Below, one piece after another: positions 24,649 to 32,132 of a stretch of DNA of 59,665 bases. A program made the translations under genes and the position numbers. Under the pieces are notes generated by a model that did not search any database, was not told the origin of the DNA, and saw nothing but the letters and a program-made list of their open reading frames with translations. The DNA comes from an uncultured Klebsiella sp. GTDB lineage: Bacteria > Cyanobacteriota > Cyanobacteriia > PCC-6307 > Cyanobiaceae. The first letter of the stretch is position 1, and each line of letters opens with the position of its first letter. Location: NCBI GenBank assembly GCA_964546045.1, contig CAZJIF010000001.1, positions 1-59,665 of the forward strand, given 5' to 3'.

Positions 24649-25984
24649 TCAGCATGCTGAGGACCACAGTAAAGCAAACAGCATCGACAATGAACGATTC
24701 GGAGACGGGGTGAATCACGCGTTCAAACGGAATACCACTTTCTTCAATCAAATCAGGGATCGTGATTGCCAAGGCCATGGAAATGGCTCCCTTTGGGGCC
24801 CAAAGAGACAGAAATTGCTTCTCGCGCATATCCAGGAATGTTGATCCGCGGAAAAAGAGAAAAACGGTCAAAGGCCTCAAAATCCAGACCACACAAAGCA
24901 GAATGACGGCAGCAAATAGAGTGGGAAGAAATCCCACACTCAGGTCTACGGCCAGACCTGCCATAAAAAAGATCAGCGACTCGGAAGCGATGTTGATGGA
25001 CTCGAGCTGCACCGAGAGAATCTCTTTCTCATCCTCGGTATCCTGGCCGGAGAGAAGGATGCTGACGACGAAACCCATGACCAGGCTGCAGACCAGACCA
25101 CCTTGTCCAATCCAGGCATTGAAGCCGTAGCCGATCATCACGAACCCGATGGCCAGATCGATTGACTGGGAACGCTCGACGGCGAACCGCTTGATCGTTG
25201 CCGCGAGCAAGTAGCCGAGCACGGCTCCGATCACAATGCCCTGGGAAATGCTGCCGACAAAGATATCGACAGCCTTTGAAGCCATCGTGCTGGTGCCTTC
25301 ATCCGTGAAGAACTCAAACAGAGCCTGGCCAATCACCAGGGTCATCGCAGCACTGATGGCAGTTTCAAATTCGAGCACTCCCATCACACGATCACTGAAA
25401 CGCTCAACACGCTTGACAATGAAAGTGAAAGCACCCCAGTCGAGTGGCGCGATGCAATAGGCCAAAGCCAAAGCAATCAACAATGGCTGCTCACTGGTGA
25501 CGTACTCAGCATTGACCGCGCTGAGGGCGTAGTACATGACAACCGACCCCACGGCGATCACAATGAACACGCCGAAAACCGAGATCAACAGACTGGGGAT
25601 GACAAACTCTTGCCTTTTAAAGTAACGCCTGCATATCTTAACGCCGCTGTAGAACAATAACAAACAAAGCGCGATAACATGCAGATCTTCAAATCCCTTG
25701 TGGTCAAAGGCCGAATTGGACATCGGCTGTATGGCCACACCAGCGCCAAACAATGCAATCGCACCAGGGATGCCAATCCGCAGCGCGTAGCGGTCGATCA
25801 CAATGCTGAAGACAAGAATGGCGCCGATGGCAGCCAACTGAACCGGCAGGCTGCCAAGCGCCTCAGCACGGACAGCTTCAGCAGCAGACATGGTCGATTC
25901 GACTGCCGATTCAGCAGCAACGGCCAGGACGTTGAACCAATTCTGTTGGATCAACAGAACCACAGGCGTTAGCAGCAGATGCAC
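24584..25984 (-). CDS. Cation:proton antiporter (Na+/H+ exchanger, CPA1-like)
   Basis: About 12 predicted TM helices with general Na_H_exchanger family appearance. Visibly lower GC (about 50%) than its neighbours. An alternative start is ATG 25891. Confidence 0.6.
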   Translation of the reverse strand: MHLLLTPVVLLIQQNWFNVLAVAAESAVESTMSAAEAVRAEALGSLPVQLAAIGAILVFSIVIDRYALRIGIPGAIALFGAGVAIQPMSNSAFDHKGFEDLHVIALCLLLFYSGVKICRRYFKRQEFVIPSLLISVFGVFIVIAVGSVVMYYALSAVNAEYVTSEQPLLIALALAYCIAPLDWGAFTFIVKRVERFSDRVMGVLEFETAISAAMTLVIGQALFEFFTDEGTSTMASKAVDIFVGSISQGIVIGAVLGYLLAATIKRFAVERSQSIDLAIGFVMIGYGFNAWIGQGGLVCSLVMGFVVSILLSGQDTEDEKEILSVQLESINIASESLIFFMAGLAVDLSVGFLPTLFAAVILLCVVWILRPLTVFLFFRGSTFLDMREKQFLSLWAPKGAISMALAITIPDLIEESGIPFERVIHPVSESFIVDAVCFTVVLSMLIKSLILPALHRRLLAAQPPAV

Positions 25985-26025
25985 GTTGCACCAGATGCGG
26001 ATGAATTGATTTTAGAGGCCTGAAC

Positions 26026-26544
26026 TCAGGCCGCAATAACCGTGTCATCGCCGGTCACTTTCCAGCTTTGGCGCTGGCCAGGGCGGCTGATGCGCCAGAA
26101 GCGCAGGCCCTGGCGCTCAAAGTAGGGAATCGCACCGTCAGTCACGACCGCAGGCAGACGTTTGAGCTGCAACAGCTCGGCCAGATCACGGCTTTCGACC
26201 TCGATGCCGGTACGCACCAGTCGTTCAAGAATCTCCAACCGTTCTCGAAACAGACGCAGGTCTGCATACAGATCAGCCTTGTACCAATTGCCGTCGATCG
26301 GAACCGGCAGGTTGTGATGCACCACAGGTTCATCCAACACCAACTCTGCAGCCACCGTTTCGCCGGGGTCGGCCGAGACACGGCTGACCAGCACAGCCGC
26401 ATCGCTCGACCCCAGAAACGTGCGCATGCCCCGACGCATGGGCTCGAGCCCGAGTCGACGGATCAGCAGCAGCAGATCGACCCGGCTGATGCCGAGCTCT
26501 GACTCAAGCCGTGACAGCGGAATCAGCTCATCAGTAGGGGCCAT
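26026..26544 (-). CDS. Hypothetical protein with an N-terminal helix-turn-helix-like segment
   Basis: IPLSRLESELGISRVDLLLLIRRLGL looks like an HTH. No other recognisable motif. Confidence 0.45.
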   Translation of the reverse strand: MAPTDELIPLSRLESELGISRVDLLLLIRRLGLEPMRRGMRTFLGSSDAAVLVSRVSADPGETVAAELVLDEPVVHHNLPVPIDGNWYKADLYADLRLFRERLEILERLVRTGIEVESRDLAELLQLKRLPAVVTDGAIPYFERQGLRFWRISRPGQRQSWKVTGDDTVIAA

Positions 26545-26552
26545 GGCGTTGT

Positions 26553-27359
26553 TCAGAGACCGGGGCTGCTCTGCATGATGCCGCCATCGGCAAAGATGGT
26601 CGTGGCCGTGATGTAGCTGGCCGCGTCACTAGCCAGGAAACCCACAACCCGGGCGATCTCCATCGGCTGGGCCATGCGCCCGAGGGGAATCGCCGCATTG
26701 AGCTTGGCCAGCAGCTCGGGATTGTTCATGGTTGAGTCATTGATCGGCGTGGCCACAGCTCCCGGTCCCACGTTGACCACGGTGATGCCGTGCGGCGCCA
26801 GCTCGAGAGCCGCCGTTCGGGTCATCATTCGCACCCCTCCCTTGGCGCAGCAGTAGGGCGTGTTGTTCGGCATGGGCCAGTCCTCATGCACCGAGGAGAT
26901 GTTGATGATGCGCCCACCACCACCCTGGGCGATCATCTGTTTGGCTGCAAATTGGGTCGCAAAGAACACACCGCGAAGGTTGACGTCCAGCACCTTGTCG
27001 TAATCGTCGGGTGTGGTGTCCAGAATCGAGGTGCGGGTCTCGATACCAGCGTTGTTCACCATCACATCGAGCCGCCCGTAGCGGCTGACAGCCGTGTCAA
27101 CCAGGCGCTGCAGATCATCAAGTTTGGCGACGTCGGCCTGAACGCCGAAGCTACAGCCGCCATAGCTGCCGATCTCCTTCTCGAGTTCTTCGGTGGCTTC
27201 GGGATGGGAGCGGTAATCGATCACCACCTTGGCCCCCAGCTGGGCGAGACATTCGACAATGGATTTGCCGATGCCGCTGTTGCCGCCCGTGACGATGGCC
27301 ACCTTGCCCGCCAACAGAGTGGAGAGGGTCTCCTGGGCATAGGGATTGGTGGTGGTCAT
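26553..27359 (-). CDS. SDR-family oxidoreductase, glucose 1-dehydrogenase-like
   Basis: Cofactor motif VTGGNSGIGKS, NNAG, and catalytic S...YCCAKGG (YxxxK). Overall similarity to classical glucose 1-dehydrogenase SDRs. Confidence 0.75.
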   Translation of the reverse strand: MTTTNPYAQETLSTLLAGKVAIVTGGNSGIGKSIVECLAQLGAKVVIDYRSHPEATEELEKEIGSYGGCSFGVQADVAKLDDLQRLVDTAVSRYGRLDVMVNNAGIETRTSILDTTPDDYDKVLDVNLRGVFFATQFAAKQMIAQGGGGRIINISSVHEDWPMPNNTPYCCAKGGVRMMTRTAALELAPHGITVVNVGPGAVATPINDSTMNNPELLAKLNAAIPLGRMAQPMEIARVVGFLASDAASYITATTIFADGGIMQSSPGL

Positions 27360-27507
27360 GACTCAGATCCGCAAGGCTTCATGGGATTAAGACTGAACCT
27401 AGGAGGAACTGAGGCGTCGTGCCGCCATCTGCAACACCCAGCGTTGCCCTGCACAAGTAGGTCACCCTCCCTACGGTGGCGGCATCAGTGCAGCATGCCT
27501 CCCTTCT

Positions 27508-27912
27508 ATGGCTGAACCACGGATCCGCCGCGCCATCCACAGCGACCGCTTTCCAAAACCAGTGGCCTCGTACAGCCAGGGCTTCCAGGTGGGGGACATG
27601 CTGTTCATCACCGGCCAGCTGCCGGTGGATCCAGCGACCAACGAGGTGGTCGGCCATGGCGACATCACCCTGGAATCCCGTCAGGTGATGCGCAACATGA
27701 TGGCGGTGCTTGAAGAAGCGGGGTTCAGCGCAGCTGACGTCGTCAGCGCCACGGTCTACCTGACCGACATCGACACCCTGGACACCTTTGACGCGGTCTG
27801 GCAGGAGTATTTCCCCGATCCGAACGCCTACCCATCGCGAGCTGTGGTGGAGGTGGCAGCGCTGGTCCTGGGCATCCAGCTGGAGATCTCAGCCATCGCG
27901 ATCAAGCGTTGA
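27508..27912 (+). CDS. ridA: RidA/YjgF/L-PSP family reactive-intermediate deaminase
   Basis: PKPVASYSQGFQVGDMLFITGQLPVDPATNEVV and the C-terminal PSRAVVEVAALVLGIQLEISAIA are typical of RidA. Confidence 0.8.
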   Translation: MAEPRIRRAIHSDRFPKPVASYSQGFQVGDMLFITGQLPVDPATNEVVGHGDITLESRQVMRNMMAVLEEAGFSAADVVSATVYLTDIDTLDTFDAVWQEYFPDPNAYPSRAVVEVAALVLGIQLEISAIAIKR

Positions 27913-27914
27913 CC

Positions 27915-28376
27915 ATGACCGATCCCTTCAGCCTGGCTCCCAAACCCGAAACCTATTGGCACCTGTGGTGTGGTGATGACGGCGTCAGTCGCCAGGTTCA
28001 GTGCACGATCGACCAGTTCACGTTGGGCCAGCTGGGCCCGGGTGACTCTCCCCAGTTTTCGAGACCGTTGTTCGATCAGGGCAATGCCTTCGTCACCTAC
28101 CTGCCGGTGGGATGGACGGCCGACTGGCATGAGAACCACATCCCGAAATGGATTTACGTGCTCAAGGGTGCCTGGTCGGTGGAAAGCATGGACGGCCACA
28201 AGGTGGTCATCCAGGCTGGTGAGTATTCGTTCGGCGGCGATCAAGGCTGCATCGCCACCCCTGACGGCCGCTGCGGCCACCTGTCGGCTCAGGTGGGCGA
28301 CGAACCGTGTGTGCAGCTGATCATTCAGCGCAACGATCAACTCTGGCGTCAGGCCAGGCCTGGATTCTTCAGCTGA
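27915..28376 (+). CDS. Cupin-like small protein of unknown function
   Basis: ATG 27915 lies 3 nt after the ridA stop. About 150 aa and beta-rich (WIYVLKGAWSVESMDGHKVVIQAGEYSF), suggesting a cupin barrel. Confidence 0.45.
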   Translation: MTDPFSLAPKPETYWHLWCGDDGVSRQVQCTIDQFTLGQLGPGDSPQFSRPLFDQGNAFVTYLPVGWTADWHENHIPKWIYVLKGAWSVESMDGHKVVIQAGEYSFGGDQGCIATPDGRCGHLSAQVGDEPCVQLIIQRNDQLWRQARPGFFS

Positions 28377-28386
28377 GGCGCGCGTG

Positions 28387-29304
28387 ATGAAACATCCGTC
28401 CGCCTGCACCGAGAGCCTGGATCCGCGCTTTGAACAACTGGTGCTGTTCAACGCCGAACTGGAGCTGCTGGCCGAAGGCTTTCGCTGGGTGGAAGGGCCG
28501 GTGTGGTTCGGCGACCACAACTGTCTGCTGTTCAACGACATTCCCAACAACCGCACCCTGCGCTGGAGCGAGCAACACGGCGTGACCGTGTTTCGACAGC
28601 CATCCGATTACGCCAACGGCCAGACCCGCGACCGCCAGGGCCGCCTGATCAGCTGCCATCACAGCAGCCGCAGGCTGACGCGCCTGGAAAGCGATGGCTC
28701 AGTGACCACCCTCGTGAGCCAGGCCCGCGGCCACCGGCTCAATGCCCCCAACGATGTGGTCGTCAAAAGCGATGGCTCGATCTGGTTCAGTGATCCCCTC
28801 TATGGGCTGATGAACGACTACGAAGGGGGTCGCCAGGTGTCCGAGCAGCCCCCGGCCCTCTATCGCCTGGATCCGGACAGCGGCGTGGTGGACGCTGTCG
28901 CCAGCGACTTTGACGGTCCCAACGGCCTGGCCTTTTCGCCCGATGAACGCCTTCTCTATGTGGCCGAGACCGGCGCCCCCGGTGCAGCCGAGCCGCAGCA
29001 GCTGATCCGCCGCTTTGTCGTCAGTGACGATGGCCGCAGCCTCAGCGGCGGCGAGGCCTTTCACCGGGTCAACCCGGGCTGGGCTGATGGTTTTCGGGTG
29101 GATGAGCAGGGCAATCTGTGGTGCAGCGCCGCCGATGGGGTGCATTGCATCGCCCCGGACGGCACCCTGATCGGCAAGGTGCGCGTCCCGGCGCGGGTCT
29201 CCAATCTCTGTTTCGGTGACCGCCACCACAGCCGCCTGTTCATCTGCGCGTCGCATGCGGTCTACAGCCTGTTCACCAACACCCGCGGCGCCACCAACAC
29301 CTGA
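28387..29304 (+). CDS. SMP-30/gluconolactonase/LRE-like protein
   Basis: EGPVW...NDIPNNR, NDVVVKSDGSIWFSDP, PNGLAFSPDE.LYV and DG..VD..GN.W are the repeats of the six-bladed gluconolactonase family. Confidence 0.8.
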   Translation: MKHPSACTESLDPRFEQLVLFNAELELLAEGFRWVEGPVWFGDHNCLLFNDIPNNRTLRWSEQHGVTVFRQPSDYANGQTRDRQGRLISCHHSSRRLTRLESDGSVTTLVSQARGHRLNAPNDVVVKSDGSIWFSDPLYGLMNDYEGGRQVSEQPPALYRLDPDSGVVDAVASDFDGPNGLAFSPDERLLYVAETGAPGAAEPQQLIRRFVVSDDGRSLSGGEAFHRVNPGWADGFRVDEQGNLWCSAADGVHCIAPDGTLIGKVRVPARVSNLCFGDRHHSRLFICASHAVYSLFTNTRGATNT

Positions 29305-29321
29305 CCACTCCTGAACCAACC

Positions 29322-29582
29322 ATGGCCAACCCTGCGCTTGAAACGTTTCTCAAAGAGGTCAAAGCGGATCCGGACCTGCTGAGCCAGATGCAGAGCTGCC
29401 CCAACCTGGACGCCATCGCCGCGCTCGGCGCGGAACGGGGGTTTGCCTTCACCGGTGTCGATTTGGTGCGCCATCAGGCCGAAGCCACCCTGCGGCTGAG
29501 CGAGCCTGACCTGCAGGCCGCCGCGGCCGGGGTGAGCCTTGAAGGTCACCTGTGGCTGATGCAGATCGTCTGGCCGGCCTGA
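29322..29582 (+). CDS. Nif11-type leader peptide precursor (86 aa) with a short Cys-free C-terminal core
   Basis: LETFLKEVKADPDLLSQMQSC.NLDAIAALGAERGFAFTGVDL....LSEPDLQAAAAG follows the Nif11 leader consensus up to the double-Gly-type site. The 16-aa tail VSLEGHLWLMQIVWPA is encoded at 29532-29579. Confidence 0.7.
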   Translation: MANPALETFLKEVKADPDLLSQMQSCPNLDAIAALGAERGFAFTGVDLVRHQAEATLRLSEPDLQAAAAGVSLEGHLWLMQIVWPA

Positions 29583-30037
29583 TGCAGCCCACCCACCTGC
29601 TGGACCTGCGCGAGGTGCGCCTGATCATCGAAGCCGCCCACAGCGCTGCCCAGAGCCATGGAGACGCGGCGGGCCCGGCACGGGTCAGCATTGCCGTGGT
29701 TGACGCCGGCGGGCACCTGCTGGCACTGGATCGACGCGACGGAGCCAGCCCCGCCAGCGCCGAAACAGCCATGGCCAAGGCTCGGATGGCCGCCCTCAAC
29801 GGCAAACCCACGGCACCGCAGGAGCAGGCGATCAACAACGAGCGCCCGGCCCTGGCCCAACTGGCCGGCATCTTCGGCCAACCGGCCGTGGCGATGGCCG
29901 GTGGGATTCCCCTGATCCACAACGGCCACTGCCTGGGGGCGATCGGCGTCTCGGGCATGACCCCCAGCACCGACCTGGCGATCGCCGAAGCCGCCACTGC
30001 CGCCGGCAACGCCCTGCTGCTGGAGCTGGCGCCATGA
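29582..30037 (+). CDS. GlcG/HbpS-like (DUF336) heme-binding-family protein
   Basis: ATG 29582 overlaps the Nif11 stop (TGATG). IAVVDAGGHLLAL.R.DGA...S...A..KA..A and GGIPL...G..LGAIGVSG are DUF336 hallmarks. Confidence 0.7.
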   Translation: MQPTHLLDLREVRLIIEAAHSAAQSHGDAAGPARVSIAVVDAGGHLLALDRRDGASPASAETAMAKARMAALNGKPTAPQEQAINNERPALAQLAGIFGQPAVAMAGGIPLIHNGHCLGAIGVSGMTPSTDLAIAEAATAAGNALLLELAP

Positions 30038-31017
30038 GCACCACGGTGGCGGTCCCCCCCCAGGTGTTGCAGTTTGGCTTCAGCAGCGCAGACCCTGCAC
30101 GGGCGGTCGACTTTTACTGCCAGGCCCTCGGATTTGAGCCCCGGGAGACCCTGCAGATTGAGGGCGGCAGCTACGGCCAGCTGCTGGGCTTGCCGCAGGG
30201 CAGCTTCCGCTTGACGCGCCTGCAACTGGGTCAGGAGACCCTCGAGATCCTGACGCTGCACCAGGCCGATGCAAACCAGCCGGCAGGGCGGCCGATCCCT
30301 GCCGATTCACGCAGTTGTGATCTGTGGTTTCAGCATCTGTGCCTGGTGACCAGCGACCTGGATGCGGCACTCGCACGCCTGCAGCCTGCCCTGGCGTGCG
30401 GCCTGGCCCAGGCGGTGTCGCGGGCACCGCAAACCCTGCCGGACTGGAACCAGGCCGCCGCCGGCATCCGCGCCTTCAAGTTCAGGGATCCGGATGGTCA
30501 CAACCTGGAACTGCTGGAATTTCCGGCCGACAAAGGTGATGCCCGCTGGCACCAGGGGTCCGGACTGCTCGGGATCGACCACAGCGCGATCAGCATTGCC
30601 GACACGGCTCTGAGCTGCCGCTTTTACGACGGGCTGCTGGGGCTGCGCCTTGGCGGCGATGGCATCAACAGCGGCCCCACCCAGGACGACCTCGACAACC
30701 TGGAGCAGACGCAGGTGCGCATCACCGGCCATCGCTGCCCCCAGGGCGCCGGCATCGAATGCCTGGATTACCAGCCTCCAAACCGGGGCCGACCGATGCC
30801 GGCAGATCTGAGCCCGGCGGACCTGGCCCACTGGCAGATCCGCCTGCAGGTCGACGATCTAACCACCATTGCCGCCCAGATCGAAGCCTTTGGTGGGCGC
30901 CTGCTCAGTCCGGGGGTGGTGCACCTGGCGGATCAGGGCAACGCTCTCGGCTTCAACAGAGCTCTGCAGGTGGCCGATCCCGATGGGCACCGCCTGCAAT
31001 TGGTGCAACGCGGATGA
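30034..31017 (+). CDS. Two-domain VOC (glyoxalase/bleomycin-resistance/dioxygenase) family protein
   Basis: ATGA overlap with the upstream gene. Two repeats of the VOC pattern (FQHLCLVTSDLD...FRDPDGHNLELLEF and IDHSAISIAD...VADPDGHRLQLV). Confidence 0.7.
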   Translation: MSTTVAVPPQVLQFGFSSADPARAVDFYCQALGFEPRETLQIEGGSYGQLLGLPQGSFRLTRLQLGQETLEILTLHQADANQPAGRPIPADSRSCDLWFQHLCLVTSDLDAALARLQPALACGLAQAVSRAPQTLPDWNQAAAGIRAFKFRDPDGHNLELLEFPADKGDARWHQGSGLLGIDHSAISIADTALSCRFYDGLLGLRLGGDGINSGPTQDDLDNLEQTQVRITGHRCPQGAGIECLDYQPPNRGRPMPADLSPADLAHWQIRLQVDDLTTIAAQIEAFGGRLLSPGVVHLADQGNALGFNRALQVADPDGHRLQLVQRG

Positions 31018-32132
31018 CGCTCACGGCGCTGCTGCTTCCCCCGCCCCGCTGGCGGGCCCTGCTGGGGGTCACGGTCCTGATGTTGTGGCCGGGCATGGGC
31101 GAGGGCGTCAGCGGCCTCGGCGGCCATTTGCTGTTGTTCGCGCTGTGCGGTCTGGGGCTGCTGCCGCTGGCCATCGTGCTCAGCCAACTCGTGGAGGCGT
31201 TGGTGGAGCATCTGGGGCCGCGGTTCGGCGGCCTGGTCAGCGTGATCTTTGGCAACGTTGTCGAGCTCCTGGTTGCGATCAACGCCCTCAACAGCGGCCT
31301 TTACCCACTGGTGGTGATCAGCATTGCCGGCTCGGTGGTGATCAATTGCCTGCCGGTGCTGGGGCTCGGCATCGTGGTCGCCACCACCCGGGAACAGGGG
31401 CAGGCCATCGACCCCCACAGCCGGGATCTGCACACCCAGCAACTGCTGATGAGTGCGATTTTGCTGGCCCTGCCCTCGGTGTTTTACCAGCGGGGCATCG
31501 AGGCAGCGATGCAGGGCAGCAACAGGTCCGATGCCTTCAGCAACTACTCGATTCTGGTGGCCCTGTTGGCCCTGGCCTATTACGCCCTGGCCTTTGCCCT
31601 GCCCCGAGGGGGCCAGCATCCCGCCCAACCAGCCCAGCCCCAGCCCAGCCATGGGCAGGGATCACCCCAACCCCTACGGGTCATCGTCCTCTCCCTGGCC
31701 ATCGTCACCGCCCTGGTGGCCCTGATCTCCGAACGGTTGGTGGGCGCTTTGGAGCAACTGGTCTCCGCCTCCCATCTCAATGAGCTGTTCGTGGGGCTGT
31801 TTCTGCTGCCCCTGTTCGGCTGCCTGCCCGAGGCCCTGGTGGCCCTCAGGGCCGCCTCGCGCCGGCAGATGCAGCTGTTGATGACCAGCACGGTCGAGTC
31901 CAGTCTGCAACTGCTGCTGTTTGTGCTGCCGCTGCTGGTGTTGATCGGCATCCCGATGGGGCGGTACCTGCACCTGAGCCTGCCGCCGATCGCCCTGGCT
32001 GCGATGGCGATCGCCATCGCCATGGTCGAGCGCATGACAGCCAACCGCGAGGTCGCCTGGTACGAGGGGATTCAGTTGATCGTGCTGTTTGCCGCCATGG
32101 CCGTGGGGGCGCTGCTGCTGATCAGCCCCTGA
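31014..32132 (+). CDS. Ca2+/H+ (CaCA/CAX family) antiporter
   Basis: ATG 31014 overlaps the upstream stop. About 10 TM helices. Alpha-repeat motif GNVVELLVAINAL (GNxxE) and a second repeat with a conserved Glu (GCLPEALVAL). The track ORF from 30759 is an artefactual extension. Confidence 0.65.
   Translation: MTLTALLLPPPRWRALLGVTVLMLWPGMGEGVSGLGGHLLLFALCGLGLLPLAIVLSQLVEALVEHLGPRFGGLVSVIFGNVVELLVAINALNSGLYPLVVISIAGSVVINCLPVLGLGIVVATTREQGQAIDPHSRDLHTQQLLMSAILLALPSVFYQRGIEAAMQGSNRSDAFSNYSILVALLALAYYALAFALPRGGQHPAQPAQPQPSHGQGSPQPLRVIVLSLAIVTALVALISERLVGALEQLVSASHLNELFVGLFLLPLFGCLPEALVALRAASRRQMQLLMTSTVESSLQLLLFVLPLLVLIGIPMGRYLHLSLPPIALAAMAIAIAMVERMTANREVAWYEGIQLIVLFAAMAVGALLLISP

Noticed and set aside
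27467-27484. Possible NtcA box (GTA...TAC) upstream of ridA
   Set aside because: The spacing is GTA-N12-TAC, not the required GTA-N8-TAC.
30759-31013. Upstream extension of the CAX antiporter ORF, and the alternative 304-aa frame at 30869-31783
   Set aside because: The extension overlaps the VOC gene in another frame with Pro/Gly/Arg-rich content. ATG 31014 gives an ATGA junction and a hydrophobic N-terminus.
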